DNA of 64,000 nucleotides from Vulcanimicrobiota bacterium (GTDB lineage Bacteria; Vulcanimicrobiota; Vulcanimicrobiia; Vulcanimicrobiales; Vulcanimicrobiaceae): NCBI GenBank assembly GCA_963695225.1, contig OY968762.1, positions 1,024,001 to 1,088,000 of the forward strand, read 5' to 3'. Shown piece by piece: positions 43,042 to 53,833 of this stretch (position 1 is its first letter; each line of letters starts with the position of its first letter). The notes under the pieces were generated by a model. It saw only the letters and a program-made list of their open reading frames with translations, ran no database searches and was not told where the DNA came from. The position numbers and the translations under genes were made by a program.

Positions 43042-43062
43042 GGTCGATGGTGCCTCTCTCGC

Positions 43063-44226
43063 TTAGGAAAGCGTGGCGCTCCGCGCCGCCGGGCGCGCGC
43101 GCCGTCCGGCGACGAGCGCTTCGAGTTGTTCGGGACCGACGCAGATCTTGTCGCGTCGCGCGAGATCCCTGACGTCCTCGAGCAGCGCGGCGAGATCGAC
43201 GCCGTCCAGGATCAAGCCCGCTTCGCGGCACGCGCTCGCCAGGGCCGCGCCGCTCGAGTGGCTGCCGATGCGGAACGCCGGGGAGCGACGTCCGACGTGC
43301 GCGCTCGGGAACGGCTCGTAGGTGGCACGATCCCGCAACACGCCCGCGCAATGGATGCCCGACTCGTGCATGAACGCGGCCTCGCCCGTCACGGGTTTCG
43401 CCGCCGGGATCGGCCTCCCCGACGCCTTCGCCACGAGGTGCGCGAGTTGCGCGAGCCATTCCGTTTCGACCCCGCAATCGATGCCGCAACCGGCGCGCAG
43501 CGCCATGACGACCTCCTCGAGCGCGGCGTTTCCGGCGCGTTCCCCCAAACCGTTGACCGTCACGCTCGCGGCGCCCGCGCCCGCTTCGATCGCGGCGATC
43601 GTGTTGCCGACCGCCATGCCCAGATCGTTGTGACCGTGGAACTCGAACGTGACACCGGGGAACACGTCGCACAGCGGTTTGAGCATCCGCGCAGTTCGGC
43701 TCGGCGTCAGGATGCCGACCGTGTCGGAGAGGCGCAGGCGGGAAGCGCCCGCTTCTTGCGCCGCGCAGATGAACTCGGAAAGGAATCCCGGATCGGCGCG
43801 CGAGGCATCTTGCGCCCCGACGGAGACGTACTCGAACCTCGCTCGCGCCTCGGCGACGAGCACCGCCAGCGAGCGGAAGACCCACGAGACGTTCTTCCCC
43901 CACGCGCGCAAGTGGATCTCGGAGACGGGCCACGAGATGTGCACGCCTTCGACGCGGCAACGCGTCGCCGCATCGAGATCGGTATGCGTCGCGCGGCACC
44001 ACGTTTCGATCCTGCAGTCGAGGCCGGCCTCGGCGATCGCGTTGATGTCGTCGATCTCCGCCTGCCCCATGGCGGGGACGCCGACCTCGAGTTCCGGGAT
44101 GCCGATCGCGGCGAGCGCGCGAGCGATCTGCAGCTTCTCGTCGCGCGAAAACGAGACGCCCGCCGCTTGTTCGCCGTCGCGCAGCGTCGTATCGATCAGG
44201 CGCGGGCTCCCGCCGCGTGAGCTCAT
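43063..44226 (-). CDS. nifV: Homocitrate synthase
   Basis: [59 protein letters not shown]. Located in the nif cluster. Confidence 0.93.
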   Translation of the reverse strand: MSSRGGSPRLIDTTLRDGEQAAGVSFSRDEKLQIARALAAIGIPELEVGVPAMGQAEIDDINAIAEAGLDCRIETWCRATHTDLDAATRCRVEGVHISWPVSEIHLRAWGKNVSWVFRSLAVLVAEARARFEYVSVGAQDASRADPGFLSEFICAAQEAGASRLRLSDTVGILTPSRTARMLKPLCDVFPGVTFEFHGHNDLGMAVGNTIAAIEAGAGAASVTVNGLGERAGNAALEEVVMALRAGCGIDCGVETEWLAQLAHLVAKASGRPIPAAKPVTGEAAFMHESGIHCAGVLRDRATYEPFPSAHVGRRSPAFRIGSHSSGAALASACREAGLILDGVDLAALLEDVRDLARRDKICVGPEQLEALVAGRRARPAARSATLS

Positions 44227-44239
44227 CCGAGCCGGCTCG

Positions 44240-45526
44240 TCACGCGCACCCCGTCCCCGTGCCGCGGCAAGCGACGCCTTTGCCGCAACCCGTGAAGCGC
44301 CGCTTGAGCGTCGAGGGAATCGGCAGCTCCCCGTAGACCGCGGCGAGCCCCTCTTCCACCAAGCCCTCCATCTCGATCACTGCGATCCCGCGCTCTTCGA
44401 GCGCGCGCTTCGGGCTAGGACCCGATGCGTTCACGAGCAGCGCTCGGCAATCGTGCAACGTGTCCGCGAGCTCCGTCCAGCGGCTTCGACCGCCGCCCGG
44501 CGGCGGCGCCCGGCGAATCTCGACGAACTTGAAGCCGGATGCGGTCGCAGCATCCTGCTCGTAAACGACGAACCGCGCGGCTTCGCCGAGGTGCATGTTC
44601 ACGAGCGCGCCCTCGCGCGATGCGACGGCGACGAAGGGCCGCTCCTTGTGGCCGTCGATCGGGCGCCGCGCAAAGCTCTCGAGCGTGCGCATCTGATCTT
44701 CCGTCATCTTTTCGTCGATGAAGCCGATCGCGTCGGCGCGGCAGCGCGCGCAGTGCGTCATCTGCGGAAGGTATTGGCCGGATTGCAAGCGCACCCGGGC
44801 CGTCATCTTCCCATCCGGCGCGGGCACGTCTTCGAATTCGGCGCCCGCGACCGGGACGAGCGGCATGCAATTCTGAATATCGGCGCCGAGCGCGCCGACG
44901 ACGCGCGCGACCTCTTGGATGTGCGCGTCGTTGACGCCCGGGATGACGATCGAGTTCACCTTCACGACGACGTTGCGGGCGACGAGCTCGCGCACGGCGG
45001 AGAGCTGGCGCTCGATCAGGAGGCGCGCCGCATCCTCTCCGCGCAGCGGGCGCTTTCCGTCGCGAATCCAAGCGTAGATCTTCGCGCCGATCTTCGGATC
45101 GACCGCGTTGATCGTGATCGTCACGTGGCTGACTTCGAGGCGGGCGAGCTCGTCGATATACGGCCCGATCCCGAGGCCGTTGCTCGCCAGGCACAGGAGG
45201 ATCTGCGGGAAGCGCTCGCGCACGAGGCGGAGCGTCTCCATCGTCTCGTCGGGGTTGGCGAACGGATCGCCGGGGCCCGCGATCCCCATGACCGCGATCT
45301 CCGGGCGCTGCTCGAGCACGGCGGCGAGATACTCGACGGCTTGCGCGGGTTTGAGGACGGAGCTCGTCACGCCGGGGCGGCTCTCGTTCATGCAGTCGTA
45401 CTTGCGGTTACAGAAGTTGCACTGGATGTTGCAGCGCGGCGCGACCGGCAAGTGGATGCGGCCGTACGTGTCGTGCGCCGCCTTGTTGAAACACGGATGC
45501 TTTGAGAAATCGCGCGGCTCGCTCAT
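44240..45526 (-). CDS. nifB: Radical SAM FeMo-cofactor biosynthesis protein NifB with C-terminal NifX-like domain
   Basis: [35 protein letters not shown], then [18 protein letters not shown]. Confidence 0.97.
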   Translation of the reverse strand: MSEPRDFSKHPCFNKAAHDTYGRIHLPVAPRCNIQCNFCNRKYDCMNESRPGVTSSVLKPAQAVEYLAAVLEQRPEIAVMGIAGPGDPFANPDETMETLRLVRERFPQILLCLASNGLGIGPYIDELARLEVSHVTITINAVDPKIGAKIYAWIRDGKRPLRGEDAARLLIERQLSAVRELVARNVVVKVNSIVIPGVNDAHIQEVARVVGALGADIQNCMPLVPVAGAEFEDVPAPDGKMTARVRLQSGQYLPQMTHCARCRADAIGFIDEKMTEDQMRTLESFARRPIDGHKERPFVAVASREGALVNMHLGEAARFVVYEQDAATASGFKFVEIRRAPPPGGGRSRWTELADTLHDCRALLVNASGPSPKRALEERGIAVIEMEGLVEEGLAAVYGELPIPSTLKRRFTGCGKGVACRGTGTGCA

Positions 45527-46962
45527 AGATAGCTGTACCCCACTGCGGACGACCCCTGTTTGGCGTCGAGAAGTGCGTTGACGACGGCGTCGTAGAGATG
45601 CTGGGCACCGCGGTACCCGACGTGCAGGATGCGCTGTCCGCCGATGCGGTCGTGGATCGGGAAGCCGGCGCGCACCAGCGGAATCCCGAGCTTGCGGGCG
45701 AGGCTATAGCCTTTGCTGCTCCCGATCAGGAGATCGGGGCGCAGCGCCTCCGCGCTTTCCGCGATCTCGGCGAAATCGAAGCCCTCGCGGATCACCGTGC
45801 GCTCGTCGATCCCGGGGATCGCCGCGCGCAGGCTCCGCGCGAGTTGCCTGCTCTTCCCACCCGAGGCGCATAGCACCGGAACGATCCCTATCTCGCTGAG
45901 AAACGCCGCGAGCCCGACGACGAGATCCTCCTCGCCGTAGACGATCGCACGCTTTTCGAAGACGTACTTGTGGCCGTCGATCAGCGCGTCGACGAGCCGG
46001 CCGCGCTCTTTGATGTGCTTGGCGGGCGCCGGGCGCCCCGCCGCGGCTTCGAGCGCCGCGAAGAACGCATCGGTCTCACGAATGCCGATCGGAAGTCCGA
46101 GCAACCGGCGCGCCGCTCCGAAACGCTCTTCGATGAACCTCCCCGCCGTATTGAAATCGGCGAGCGTCCGCCCGAACTCGATCGAGGTTTGCGCGCGCCC
46201 CGCTGCGACCACGTCCTCGATCGGCGTCCCGCCGCTCTGCAGCTTCTCGTACGCGGCCCACGACGCTCCGTCCATCGAATCGGAGTAATCGGGGAGCAGG
46301 GTGCAGGGCAGCTCGAAATCGGCGACGATCTCGGCCAAGTGCCGCAAGTCCGCCGCGGAGACCATTCCCGGGAACAGGTTGATCCGCTCGGTGCGCGGCC
46401 CTTCGGCCGCGAGCCCCGCAACGACTGCGCGCACGGCGGCGTGAAAGCCGTCGACGTGCGTCCCGCTGTAGCTCGGCGTCGATACCTTGATCAAGTGCGG
46501 ATGGCCCTCGCCGCCGAAATCGCGCAGATACTCGAAGAACATGCGGTCCATGTCCTCGCCGATCGTCTCCGAGAGGCACGTCGTCGCGACCGCGACCATC
46601 TTCGGCTGGTACTGCCGCACGACGTTCTGCACGCCGGCTCTGAAGTTAGCGGCGCCGCCGAAGACCGCCGACTCTTCGGAAAAGTTCGAGGCGGCGATAT
46701 CGATCGGCTCGCGGAAGTGGCTGATCAGATACCGCCGGATGTACGTGCTACATCCTTGCGAGCCGTGCAGGAAGGGAATCGTCCCCTCGATCCCGCGGAA
46801 GACGAGGCACGCGCCGAGCGGCGTGCAGAGCTTGCACGCGTTTCTCGTCGCTGTGCAATGCTTATGCGCCGGCTCGTTGAGCTCATCGAGCTCGGCGCCC
46901 TCCGCGAGCGCGTCCTTCGACGAGCTCGGGGTGACGGGCTGCCGGCGCGCGGAGGGTTTCAC
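45523..46962 (-). CDS. nifN: FeMo-cofactor scaffold beta subunit
   Basis: NACKLCTPLGA, HGSQGCSTY, HFREP, TTCLSETIGED, GFPIHDRIG. The GTG start overlaps the nifE stop. Confidence 0.93.
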   Translation of the reverse strand: MKPSARRQPVTPSSSKDALAEGAELDELNEPAHKHCTATRNACKLCTPLGACLVFRGIEGTIPFLHGSQGCSTYIRRYLISHFREPIDIAASNFSEESAVFGGAANFRAGVQNVVRQYQPKMVAVATTCLSETIGEDMDRMFFEYLRDFGGEGHPHLIKVSTPSYSGTHVDGFHAAVRAVVAGLAAEGPRTERINLFPGMVSAADLRHLAEIVADFELPCTLLPDYSDSMDGASWAAYEKLQSGGTPIEDVVAAGRAQTSIEFGRTLADFNTAGRFIEERFGAARRLLGLPIGIRETDAFFAALEAAAGRPAPAKHIKERGRLVDALIDGHKYVFEKRAIVYGEEDLVVGLAAFLSEIGIVPVLCASGGKSRQLARSLRAAIPGIDERTVIREGFDFAEIAESAEALRPDLLIGSSKGYSLARKLGIPLVRAGFPIHDRIGGQRILHVGYRGAQHLYDAVVNALLDAKQGSSAVGYSYL

Positions 46963-48329
46963 GCGGGCCCGCTTGCTGCGGGCCGCTTTGCTTCGCGGCG
47001 CGGCGCGAACTGCCAGACCGGGCTCATCGTGGAGGCGTAGACCTCGCGCGCGAAATTCAGCATGCCCACGAAGCCGGCGAGCGGCTCCTTCCGTTCGTGA
47101 TTGTGGTCGCAGAAGCCGATGCCGAGCTTGTAGGCGATCGGCCGCTCCTTCACGCCGCCGATGAAGAGATCGACGTCCTTCTCCAAGCAGAACTCCGCAA
47201 GTTCCAACGGGTTGGAATCGTCGACGATGATCGTTCCCTCGTCGCACATCTCGGCCAGCTGCTGGTAATCTTCGGGGCCGCCGGTTTGCGAGCCGACGAC
47301 GACCGTCTTCATGCCGAGCAAACCCAACGCCCGCACGAGCGAGAACGCCTTGAACGCTCCGCCGACGTAGATCGCGGCGCGCTTGCCCTCGAGCTTCGCG
47401 CGATAAGCGCGAAGCTGCGGCCAGATTTCGGCGACCTCATCGGCGACGAGTTGCTCCGCCCGCTGCATGATCGCCGGATCGTCGCCGAAGAACTTCGCGA
47501 CGTCGTAGAGGGCGGCGGACATGTCCTCGATGCCGAAGTACGAAACCCGTCTTTGCGGGATGCCGTAGTCGCGCTCCATCATCTTGGCAAGATACGTCAT
47601 CGAACCCGAGCACTGCACGACGTTGAGCCGCGCTCCGTGCGCGCGCCGGATATCCTCGATGCGCGCGTCGCCCGTAATGCACGAGACGACTTCGACGCCC
47701 ATCCGCTCGTAGTAGTTGCGGATGATCCACGTCTCGCCGGCGAGGTTGAAATCGCCGAGGATATTGATGCTGTGCGGCGCGACCTGCGCGGCCGAGCCGG
47801 TGCCGACGAGCTTGTAGACGGCCTCGCAGGCGGCCCGATAGCCGTCCTTCTTCGTCCCTTTGAAGCCTTCCGAATGGACGGGGAGAACGGGGATATTCTT
47901 CTCCGCCGCGACCCTCTTGCAGATCGCGGCGACGTCGTCGCCGATGATGCCGACGATGCACGTCGAATAGACGAATGCCGCATTGGGCTCGTAACGATCG
48001 ATCAGCTCGAGCAGCGCCGCGTACAGCTTCTTCTCGCCGCCGTAGATGACGTCCATCTCCTGGAGGTCCGTCGAGAAGCTGTTGCGATGGAGCTGAGGAC
48101 CGCTCGAGAGCGCGCCCCGAATATCCCAGGTGTAAGCGGCGCACCCTATCGGACCGTGCACGACGTGCAGCGCGTCCGCGATCGGGTAGAGCACGACGCG
48201 AGATCCACAGAAGACGCACGCGCGTTGACTGACGGATCCCGCCGTGCTCTTCTTCCCGCAGTCGATCGGCAGATCGCCCGAGCCCTTGCGGCGCACCTGG
48301 CCGCGGCGGTCGTCGAGGATCTCGATCAT
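46959..48329 (-). CDS. nifE: FeMo-cofactor scaffold alpha subunit
   Basis: RACVFCG, HGPIGC, YSTC, VQCSGS, GGVKER, DHNHER. Confidence 0.95.
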   Translation of the reverse strand: MIEILDDRRGQVRRKGSGDLPIDCGKKSTAGSVSQRACVFCGSRVVLYPIADALHVVHGPIGCAAYTWDIRGALSSGPQLHRNSFSTDLQEMDVIYGGEKKLYAALLELIDRYEPNAAFVYSTCIVGIIGDDVAAICKRVAAEKNIPVLPVHSEGFKGTKKDGYRAACEAVYKLVGTGSAAQVAPHSINILGDFNLAGETWIIRNYYERMGVEVVSCITGDARIEDIRRAHGARLNVVQCSGSMTYLAKMMERDYGIPQRRVSYFGIEDMSAALYDVAKFFGDDPAIMQRAEQLVADEVAEIWPQLRAYRAKLEGKRAAIYVGGAFKAFSLVRALGLLGMKTVVVGSQTGGPEDYQQLAEMCDEGTIIVDDSNPLELAEFCLEKDVDLFIGGVKERPIAYKLGIGFCDHNHERKEPLAGFVGMLNFAREVYASTMSPVWQFAPRREAKRPAASGPA

Positions 48330-48371
48330 GCGCGGCGCCCGAACTCGGCGCCGCGCGCCGCTAAAACGCCT

Positions 48372-48539
48372 CTATGTGGAGACGACCGCTCCGTTCGGGC
48401 AAGCGGATTCGCACGCCCCGCACTCGATGCAGACTTCCTCGTCGATGGAATAGGACGGCCCGGACCGGATCGCTCCCGTCGGGCAACACTCCTCGCACGT
48501 GCCGCAGGCTCCGCACGCCTCTGAAATCTTGTAAGCCAT
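48372..48539 (-). CDS. 2[4Fe-4S] clostridial-type ferredoxin (55 aa; below the ORF-track cutoff)
   Basis: Translated by hand: MAYKISEACGACGTCEECCPTGAIRSGPSYSIDEEVCIECGACESACPNGAVVST. Two CxxCxxCxxxCP motifs and an AAGGAG RBS. Confidence 0.95.
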   Translation of the reverse strand: MAYKISEACGACGTCEECCPTGAIRSGPSYSIDEEVCIECGACESACPNGAVVST

Positions 48540-48565
48540 CTCTGCTCCTTCTGCACAGCGCTAGA

Positions 48566-49939
48566 TCACTGCACGAACTCGAACGATTCTTCGGCGCACT
48601 CCCGATCCTTCTTGTCGAAGAGCGCGTCGACGATCTTGTCGATCAGGCGCAGGGCGCCCTGATAGCCCAGCGAGGGGAAGACGCGGTGCCCCATGCGGTC
48701 GAGGATCGGGAACCCGAACCGGACGAACGGAACGTTCTCGGCGCGCGCGATCTGCTTTCCATACGTATTTCCGACTAGCAAGTCAACCGGCGCTTGCTTC
48801 ATCCATTGATGCAGCTCGAAGAGGTCCGAACTCTGCTTGACCTTCGCCTCGGGGACCGCCTCGGCGAGCAACTCCCGGGCGCGCGCCTCGAAGTGATTCC
48901 CCGGCGAACCCGTGATGACGTAGACCGGCTTCATGTCGAGTTCGAGCAAGAAGCGCGTCAGCCCGATCACGTGGTCCGGATCGCCGAAGACGGCGACCCG
49001 CTTGCCGTACAGGTACTGCCCCATGTCGCCGACCGCGTCGAGGAGACGGCCGCGCTCTTGCACGAGTGAGGCCGGAACGCTCGCATTCCCAAGGCGCCGC
49101 AGCGCGTCGACGTACTCGTCGGTCGCGGCGATGCCGATCGGCAACTCCAGCAGCTCCGCCGCGACCCCGCACTTCGATTCCAGGAGCTGTGCCGCGGGAT
49201 GCGCGGCGAAGTGTCCGAGCGCGATCGTCGCCTGGGCATCGCCCGCTTCGATCAACTGCCTGACCGTGGCGCCGCCCTTCGGGTACATCTCGTAGACCCC
49301 CGTCTGCGGCAGGTCGAGCACGTCGCTCGTATCCGGGAACGTCACGATCTCGACGTCCAGCAGCGCCGCGATCCGCTTGATTTCACGGATGTCCGAGGGG
49401 TCGACGAACCCCGGGATAACGTTGAGCGTGCCGTTCGTCTTGCCCGTCGATTCCGCAAGGTATTTCACGAACGCCGTTACCATATTCGCGAAACCGGTGA
49501 CGTGCGAGCCGACGAAGCTCGGCGTGTTCGCGTGGATCACTCGGCACGTCGCCGAGATTTTTCCCTCCTCGCGCGCTCGCTTGACGAATGTCGGGACGTC
49601 GTCGCCGATCACCTCGGAGAGGCACGTCGTGTGGACCGCGACGATCTCGGGTTCGTAAATCGCGAAGATGTTCTCGAGGCCCTGATGCAGGTTCGCCATA
49701 CCTCCGAAGACGGACGAACCCTCGGTGAAAGAGCTGGTCGTCGCGATGACGGGCTCTTTGAAATGCCGGGTCAGATGACTGCGATGAAACGCGCAGCAGC
49801 CTTGCGAGCCGTGGCTGTGCGGCATGCAACCGTGGACTCCCAGCGCCGCGTAGACCGCGCCGATCGGCTGGCACGTCTTCGCCGGATTGACGCGCAGCGC
49901 GGTGCGCGGTTTGATCTCGGCGGTCGTTCCGCTCAGCAT
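48566..49939 (-). CDS. nifK: Nitrogenase MoFe protein beta chain
   Basis: NPAKTCQPIGA, HGSQGCC, TTCLSEVIGDD, HANTPSFVGSH, GFPILDR. Short N-terminus of the Group II type. Confidence 0.96.
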   Translation of the reverse strand: MLSGTTAEIKPRTALRVNPAKTCQPIGAVYAALGVHGCMPHSHGSQGCCAFHRSHLTRHFKEPVIATTSSFTEGSSVFGGMANLHQGLENIFAIYEPEIVAVHTTCLSEVIGDDVPTFVKRAREEGKISATCRVIHANTPSFVGSHVTGFANMVTAFVKYLAESTGKTNGTLNVIPGFVDPSDIREIKRIAALLDVEIVTFPDTSDVLDLPQTGVYEMYPKGGATVRQLIEAGDAQATIALGHFAAHPAAQLLESKCGVAAELLELPIGIAATDEYVDALRRLGNASVPASLVQERGRLLDAVGDMGQYLYGKRVAVFGDPDHVIGLTRFLLELDMKPVYVITGSPGNHFEARARELLAEAVPEAKVKQSSDLFELHQWMKQAPVDLLVGNTYGKQIARAENVPFVRFGFPILDRMGHRVFPSLGYQGALRLIDKIVDALFDKKDRECAEESFEFVQ

Positions 49940-49940
49940 C

Positions 49941-51584
49941 CTATTTTCCCCCACTCACGAAGCTTGCTTGCAGTTGAGGATTGCGCATCCAAGGCGGGAC
50001 GACGAACTTCCACACCTTCATGTGCACCATGCGGTCGATCTCTGCATAGAAGTTCGCGGCGCCGCTGAAGGCGGCGTACGGCCCGCCGTAATCGTAGCTG
50101 TGAAGCTGCTTGCACGGGACCCCCATCTTCTCGATGATGAACTTGTCCTTGATTCCCGAGCAGATGATGTCCGGCTTGTAGAGCTCGACGAGCTTCTCGA
50201 TTTCGTGATGGCTGATGTCGTCGATGACGAGGGCGTGCTTCTCCATCTCCGCCATCATCCCGACGTAGTCGTTGAACGAGAACCCGCCCGCCTCGAGCGC
50301 GGCGATCTGCTCCGGCGTCCGGCGCGGCTTGTAGCGCTCGGGATCCGCCTCGACCTGCAGCTCCTCGATGTTGCGGCTATCGGCATCGACCTTGATCGTC
50401 GGCAGGACGTGCCGGCCCTCGTAGTCGTCGCGGTGCGCGAACTCGTAGCCGGCGGCGATCGTCCTCATCCCGATGTCGGAGAAGAGCGCTTGATAATGAT
50501 GCGCGCGCGACCCGCCCACGAAGAGCGCGGCAGTCTTGCCCTTGCAGCGCGCCGTCACGGCGTCGCGAATCGCCTGCAGCTTCGCCGTCTCTTCGGCGAT
50601 CACGGCCTCGACCCGCTCGCTCAAGCGAGGATCTTCAAAGTACGCCGCGATCTTGCGCAGCGATTTCGCGGTCTGTTCGGCCCCGATGAAGTTCACCTTG
50701 AACCAAGGAATGCCGTACTTCTTCTCCATCATCTCGGCCATGTAGTTGATGGAGCGATGGCACATCACCGTGTTCAACTGCACCGTGTGGGCCCGCGCGA
50801 CCTGATCGTATTTTGCGTCGCCGCTCAGCGTGACGGTGACGTGGATGCCGCACTTGCGCAGCAGCTCTTCGATCTCCCAGCCGTCGCCGCCGATATTGTA
50901 TTCGCCCAAGATGTTGATCGAGTACTCGGCCTCGTCGGGCGTGTCGTCCAGGCCCACGATGTGCTTGAAGACGCCGTTGTTCGCGATGTGGTGCCCCGCG
51001 GACTGGCTGACGCCCTTGTAACCCTCGCAACTGAAGGCAAAGATGTTGATGCCGAGCTCGGCCTTCATCTCTCGCGCGACCGCGTGGACGTCGTCGCCGA
51101 TGAGGCCGACGGGGCAGGTCGAGTACACCGCGATCGCTTTGGGGGCGAAGATGTCGTACGCCTCGCGGATCGCTTGCCGCAGCTTCTTCTCGCCGCCGAA
51201 GATGATCTGATCTTCCTGCATGTCCGTCGTCATGCAGTATTGGACGTAGTTCGTCTCGCCGTCCGGCACGCGCGCCAAGTTGCGGCGCGTCCCCCAGGTA
51301 TAGTAGGAGCAGCCGACGGGGCCGTGCACGATGTGCAGGATGTCGCTGATCGGCCCCAGCACGACGCCCTTGCAGCCCGCGTAGCAGCAGCCGCGCTGCG
51401 TCATGATGCCGGGCGTGCTGCGCATGTTCGCGCTGATCTGGATCGGCTCGTCCGGATCGTTGACGACGATTTGCTTCGCGCGTTTCTTGTGAGTCTTCGC
51501 CGGATAGGCCTTGAGCATCGCGTCGATCGACGCCTTCGCGGCTGCGGCGCTCTCCGGCGCCGCGGGTTTCGCTTTCATGGCCAT
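49941..51584 (-). CDS. nifD: Nitrogenase MoFe protein alpha chain (Group II)
   Basis: P-cluster Cys in RGCCYAGC, HGPVGC and STCPVG; cofactor ligands in MCHRS and LHSYDY; SQSAGHH; ~50-aa clostridial-type insertion. Confidence 0.97.
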   Translation of the reverse strand: MAMKAKPAAPESAAAAKASIDAMLKAYPAKTHKKRAKQIVVNDPDEPIQISANMRSTPGIMTQRGCCYAGCKGVVLGPISDILHIVHGPVGCSYYTWGTRRNLARVPDGETNYVQYCMTTDMQEDQIIFGGEKKLRQAIREAYDIFAPKAIAVYSTCPVGLIGDDVHAVAREMKAELGINIFAFSCEGYKGVSQSAGHHIANNGVFKHIVGLDDTPDEAEYSINILGEYNIGGDGWEIEELLRKCGIHVTVTLSGDAKYDQVARAHTVQLNTVMCHRSINYMAEMMEKKYGIPWFKVNFIGAEQTAKSLRKIAAYFEDPRLSERVEAVIAEETAKLQAIRDAVTARCKGKTAALFVGGSRAHHYQALFSDIGMRTIAAGYEFAHRDDYEGRHVLPTIKVDADSRNIEELQVEADPERYKPRRTPEQIAALEAGGFSFNDYVGMMAEMEKHALVIDDISHHEIEKLVELYKPDIICSGIKDKFIIEKMGVPCKQLHSYDYGGPYAAFSGAANFYAEIDRMVHMKVWKFVVPPWMRNPQLQASFVSGGK

Positions 51585-51648
51585 ATCCGGTCGGAATCTC
51601 CTCACTATCCGGCCGCTCCGCCGGACGACGAAAGGCAATGTGAAATCC

Positions 51649-51675
51649 AGCCACCGCCGCGGGCCGGCGGTAGCT
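51649..51675 (-). other. mRNA stem-loop in the nifI2-nifD intergenic region
   Basis: Sense strand AGCUACCGCCG-GCCCG-CGGCGGUGGCU: an 11-bp stem with one G-U wobble. Confidence 0.5.
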
Positions 51676-51704
51676 CGCAACCCCGCCCCTGCCGGGGCGC
51701 CTTC

Positions 51705-52127
51705 CTAGACCGTCGCGGGCTCCGTAGGCCGCTCGGCCGCCGGTTGCACGATCGGGTCGAGGGCCTCGTAACCGCGTTCGCCGGTGCGGACGCGAATGAC
51801 GTCCTTCACGGGCAGGACGAAGATCTTCCCGTCGCCCGCGTTCCCGGTCCGGTTCGCGGCGATGATCGCTTGCACGGTCGGCGCGACCATGGCGTCCGGG
51901 ACGACGACCGTCACCATGCGTTTAGGGACCAGGATCGGCCCGTCGCCGAGGCGCGCGATCGCCTCCTCCTGCCCGCCCTCGGCAGCCCGCAGGACGCGGA
52001 AATCCACGTTGCCGCGTCCCCGGCCGATCACCTTGCGAACGGTGAACCCGGAGATGCCCGCCTCGATCAGCGCTTCCTTCGTCTTGTTGATCGCTTGCGT
52101 GCGGACGACGGCGACGATCTGTTTCAT
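51705..52127 (-). CDS. nifI2: PII-family nitrogenase regulator NifI2
   Basis: MKQIVAVVR...VIGRGRG...LVPKRMVTVVV...TGNAGDGKIFVLP...IRVRTGE. Long T-loop; second PII gene after nifH. Confidence 0.9.
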   Translation of the reverse strand: MKQIVAVVRTQAINKTKEALIEAGISGFTVRKVIGRGRGNVDFRVLRAAEGGQEEAIARLGDGPILVPKRMVTVVVPDAMVAPTVQAIIAANRTGNAGDGKIFVLPVKDVIRVRTGERGYEALDPIVQPAAERPTEPATV

Positions 52128-52464
52128 GCCGCGGAGTCCTTCGTGCCGCTACTGATCGTATACGACTCCTCGACCGGGAGGACGAAGATCTTCCCGTCTC
52201 CGAACGCGCCTTTGCCCTCAGTCCGGGCGGAGTGGACGATCGTGTCGATCACGACCTGCGCGTCCTCGGCGTTGATCACGACCATCAACTGCTCCTTGGG
52301 GAGCTCGTCGTAGGTCACGTCCCCGACCTTGAGCCCGCGCTGCTTCCCGCGCCCGAAAACGTCCATCTTCGTCACGCCGGGGAAACCCCCGTCGAGCAGG
52401 GCCTTCATGACCGCGTGGACCTTCTCGGGGCGCACCACGGCCTGCACCATCACCATCGCTTGCA

Positions 52465-52465
<1 letters not shown>
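52124..52465 (-). CDS. nifI1: PII-family nitrogenase regulator NifI1
   Basis: VVRPEK, VFGRGKQRGLKVGDVTYDELPK, GAFGDGKIFV, YTISSG. Confidence 0.92.
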
Positions 52466-53352
<887 letters not shown>

Positions 53353-53486
53353 CTATCCCATCGGTTTCGCAACCGAGGAAACTCGTTTTCGCAAACTTTA
53401 CGTCTGCTGGGGCGCTCGCTTTCGCGTTACATCCGGCGAGCGCTGCGAATGAGTTCTGCCGTTACTTTACCCGTCCGCGCGCGACG

Positions 53487-53506
53487 TTGCATCATACATG
53501 ATGTAA
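53487..53506. promoter_or_regulatory. AT-rich inverted repeat in the nifH/fprA divergent intergenic region; candidate operator overlapping a TATGAT -10 on the minus strand
   Basis: TTgCATCAT-AC-ATGATGtAA dyad about 180 nt upstream of nifH. Confidence 0.4.
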
Positions 53507-53833
53507 GCGAAACGCATCTAGCATGCACCAATCGGCAGACAACGACACAAGACGGACAACGTGCGCTTACGTATGTGTCGAATGCCGCGCGAGCGCAACG
53601 CTCGCGCGATCGTTACAGATATTCGCGCGAACGGTTCTCACGTCGCCGGCGGCGCGGGCGCTCCGGACGGTTGCCGTCGCGTGGAAGTAGGCGTGCTAAT
53701 TTAGGTGCGCCTAAGAATGCCGAGACGCATACGCGCGCCGAAGGCGGATTCGTGCGAACGCGGAAGTGGGGACCCTCGCCTCGCCGCCGGAGCAGGGGCG
53801 CGCGGGCAACTCCATCTTCAGCGAGGCATCCAC

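Noticed and set aside
49887..52313. Long ORFs antisense or out of frame to real genes (e.g. 808 aa here, 822 aa at 37684-40152, 659 aa at 4081-6060)
   Set aside because: They are shadow ORFs typical of high-GC DNA: Arg/Ala-rich, without motifs, and overlapping well-supported genes.
53514..53530. Possible sigma54 promoter for nifH (TGGTGC...ATGC on the minus strand)
   Set aside because: The GG-to-GC spacing is not the required 10 nt and the match to TGGCAC-N5-TTGC is poor.
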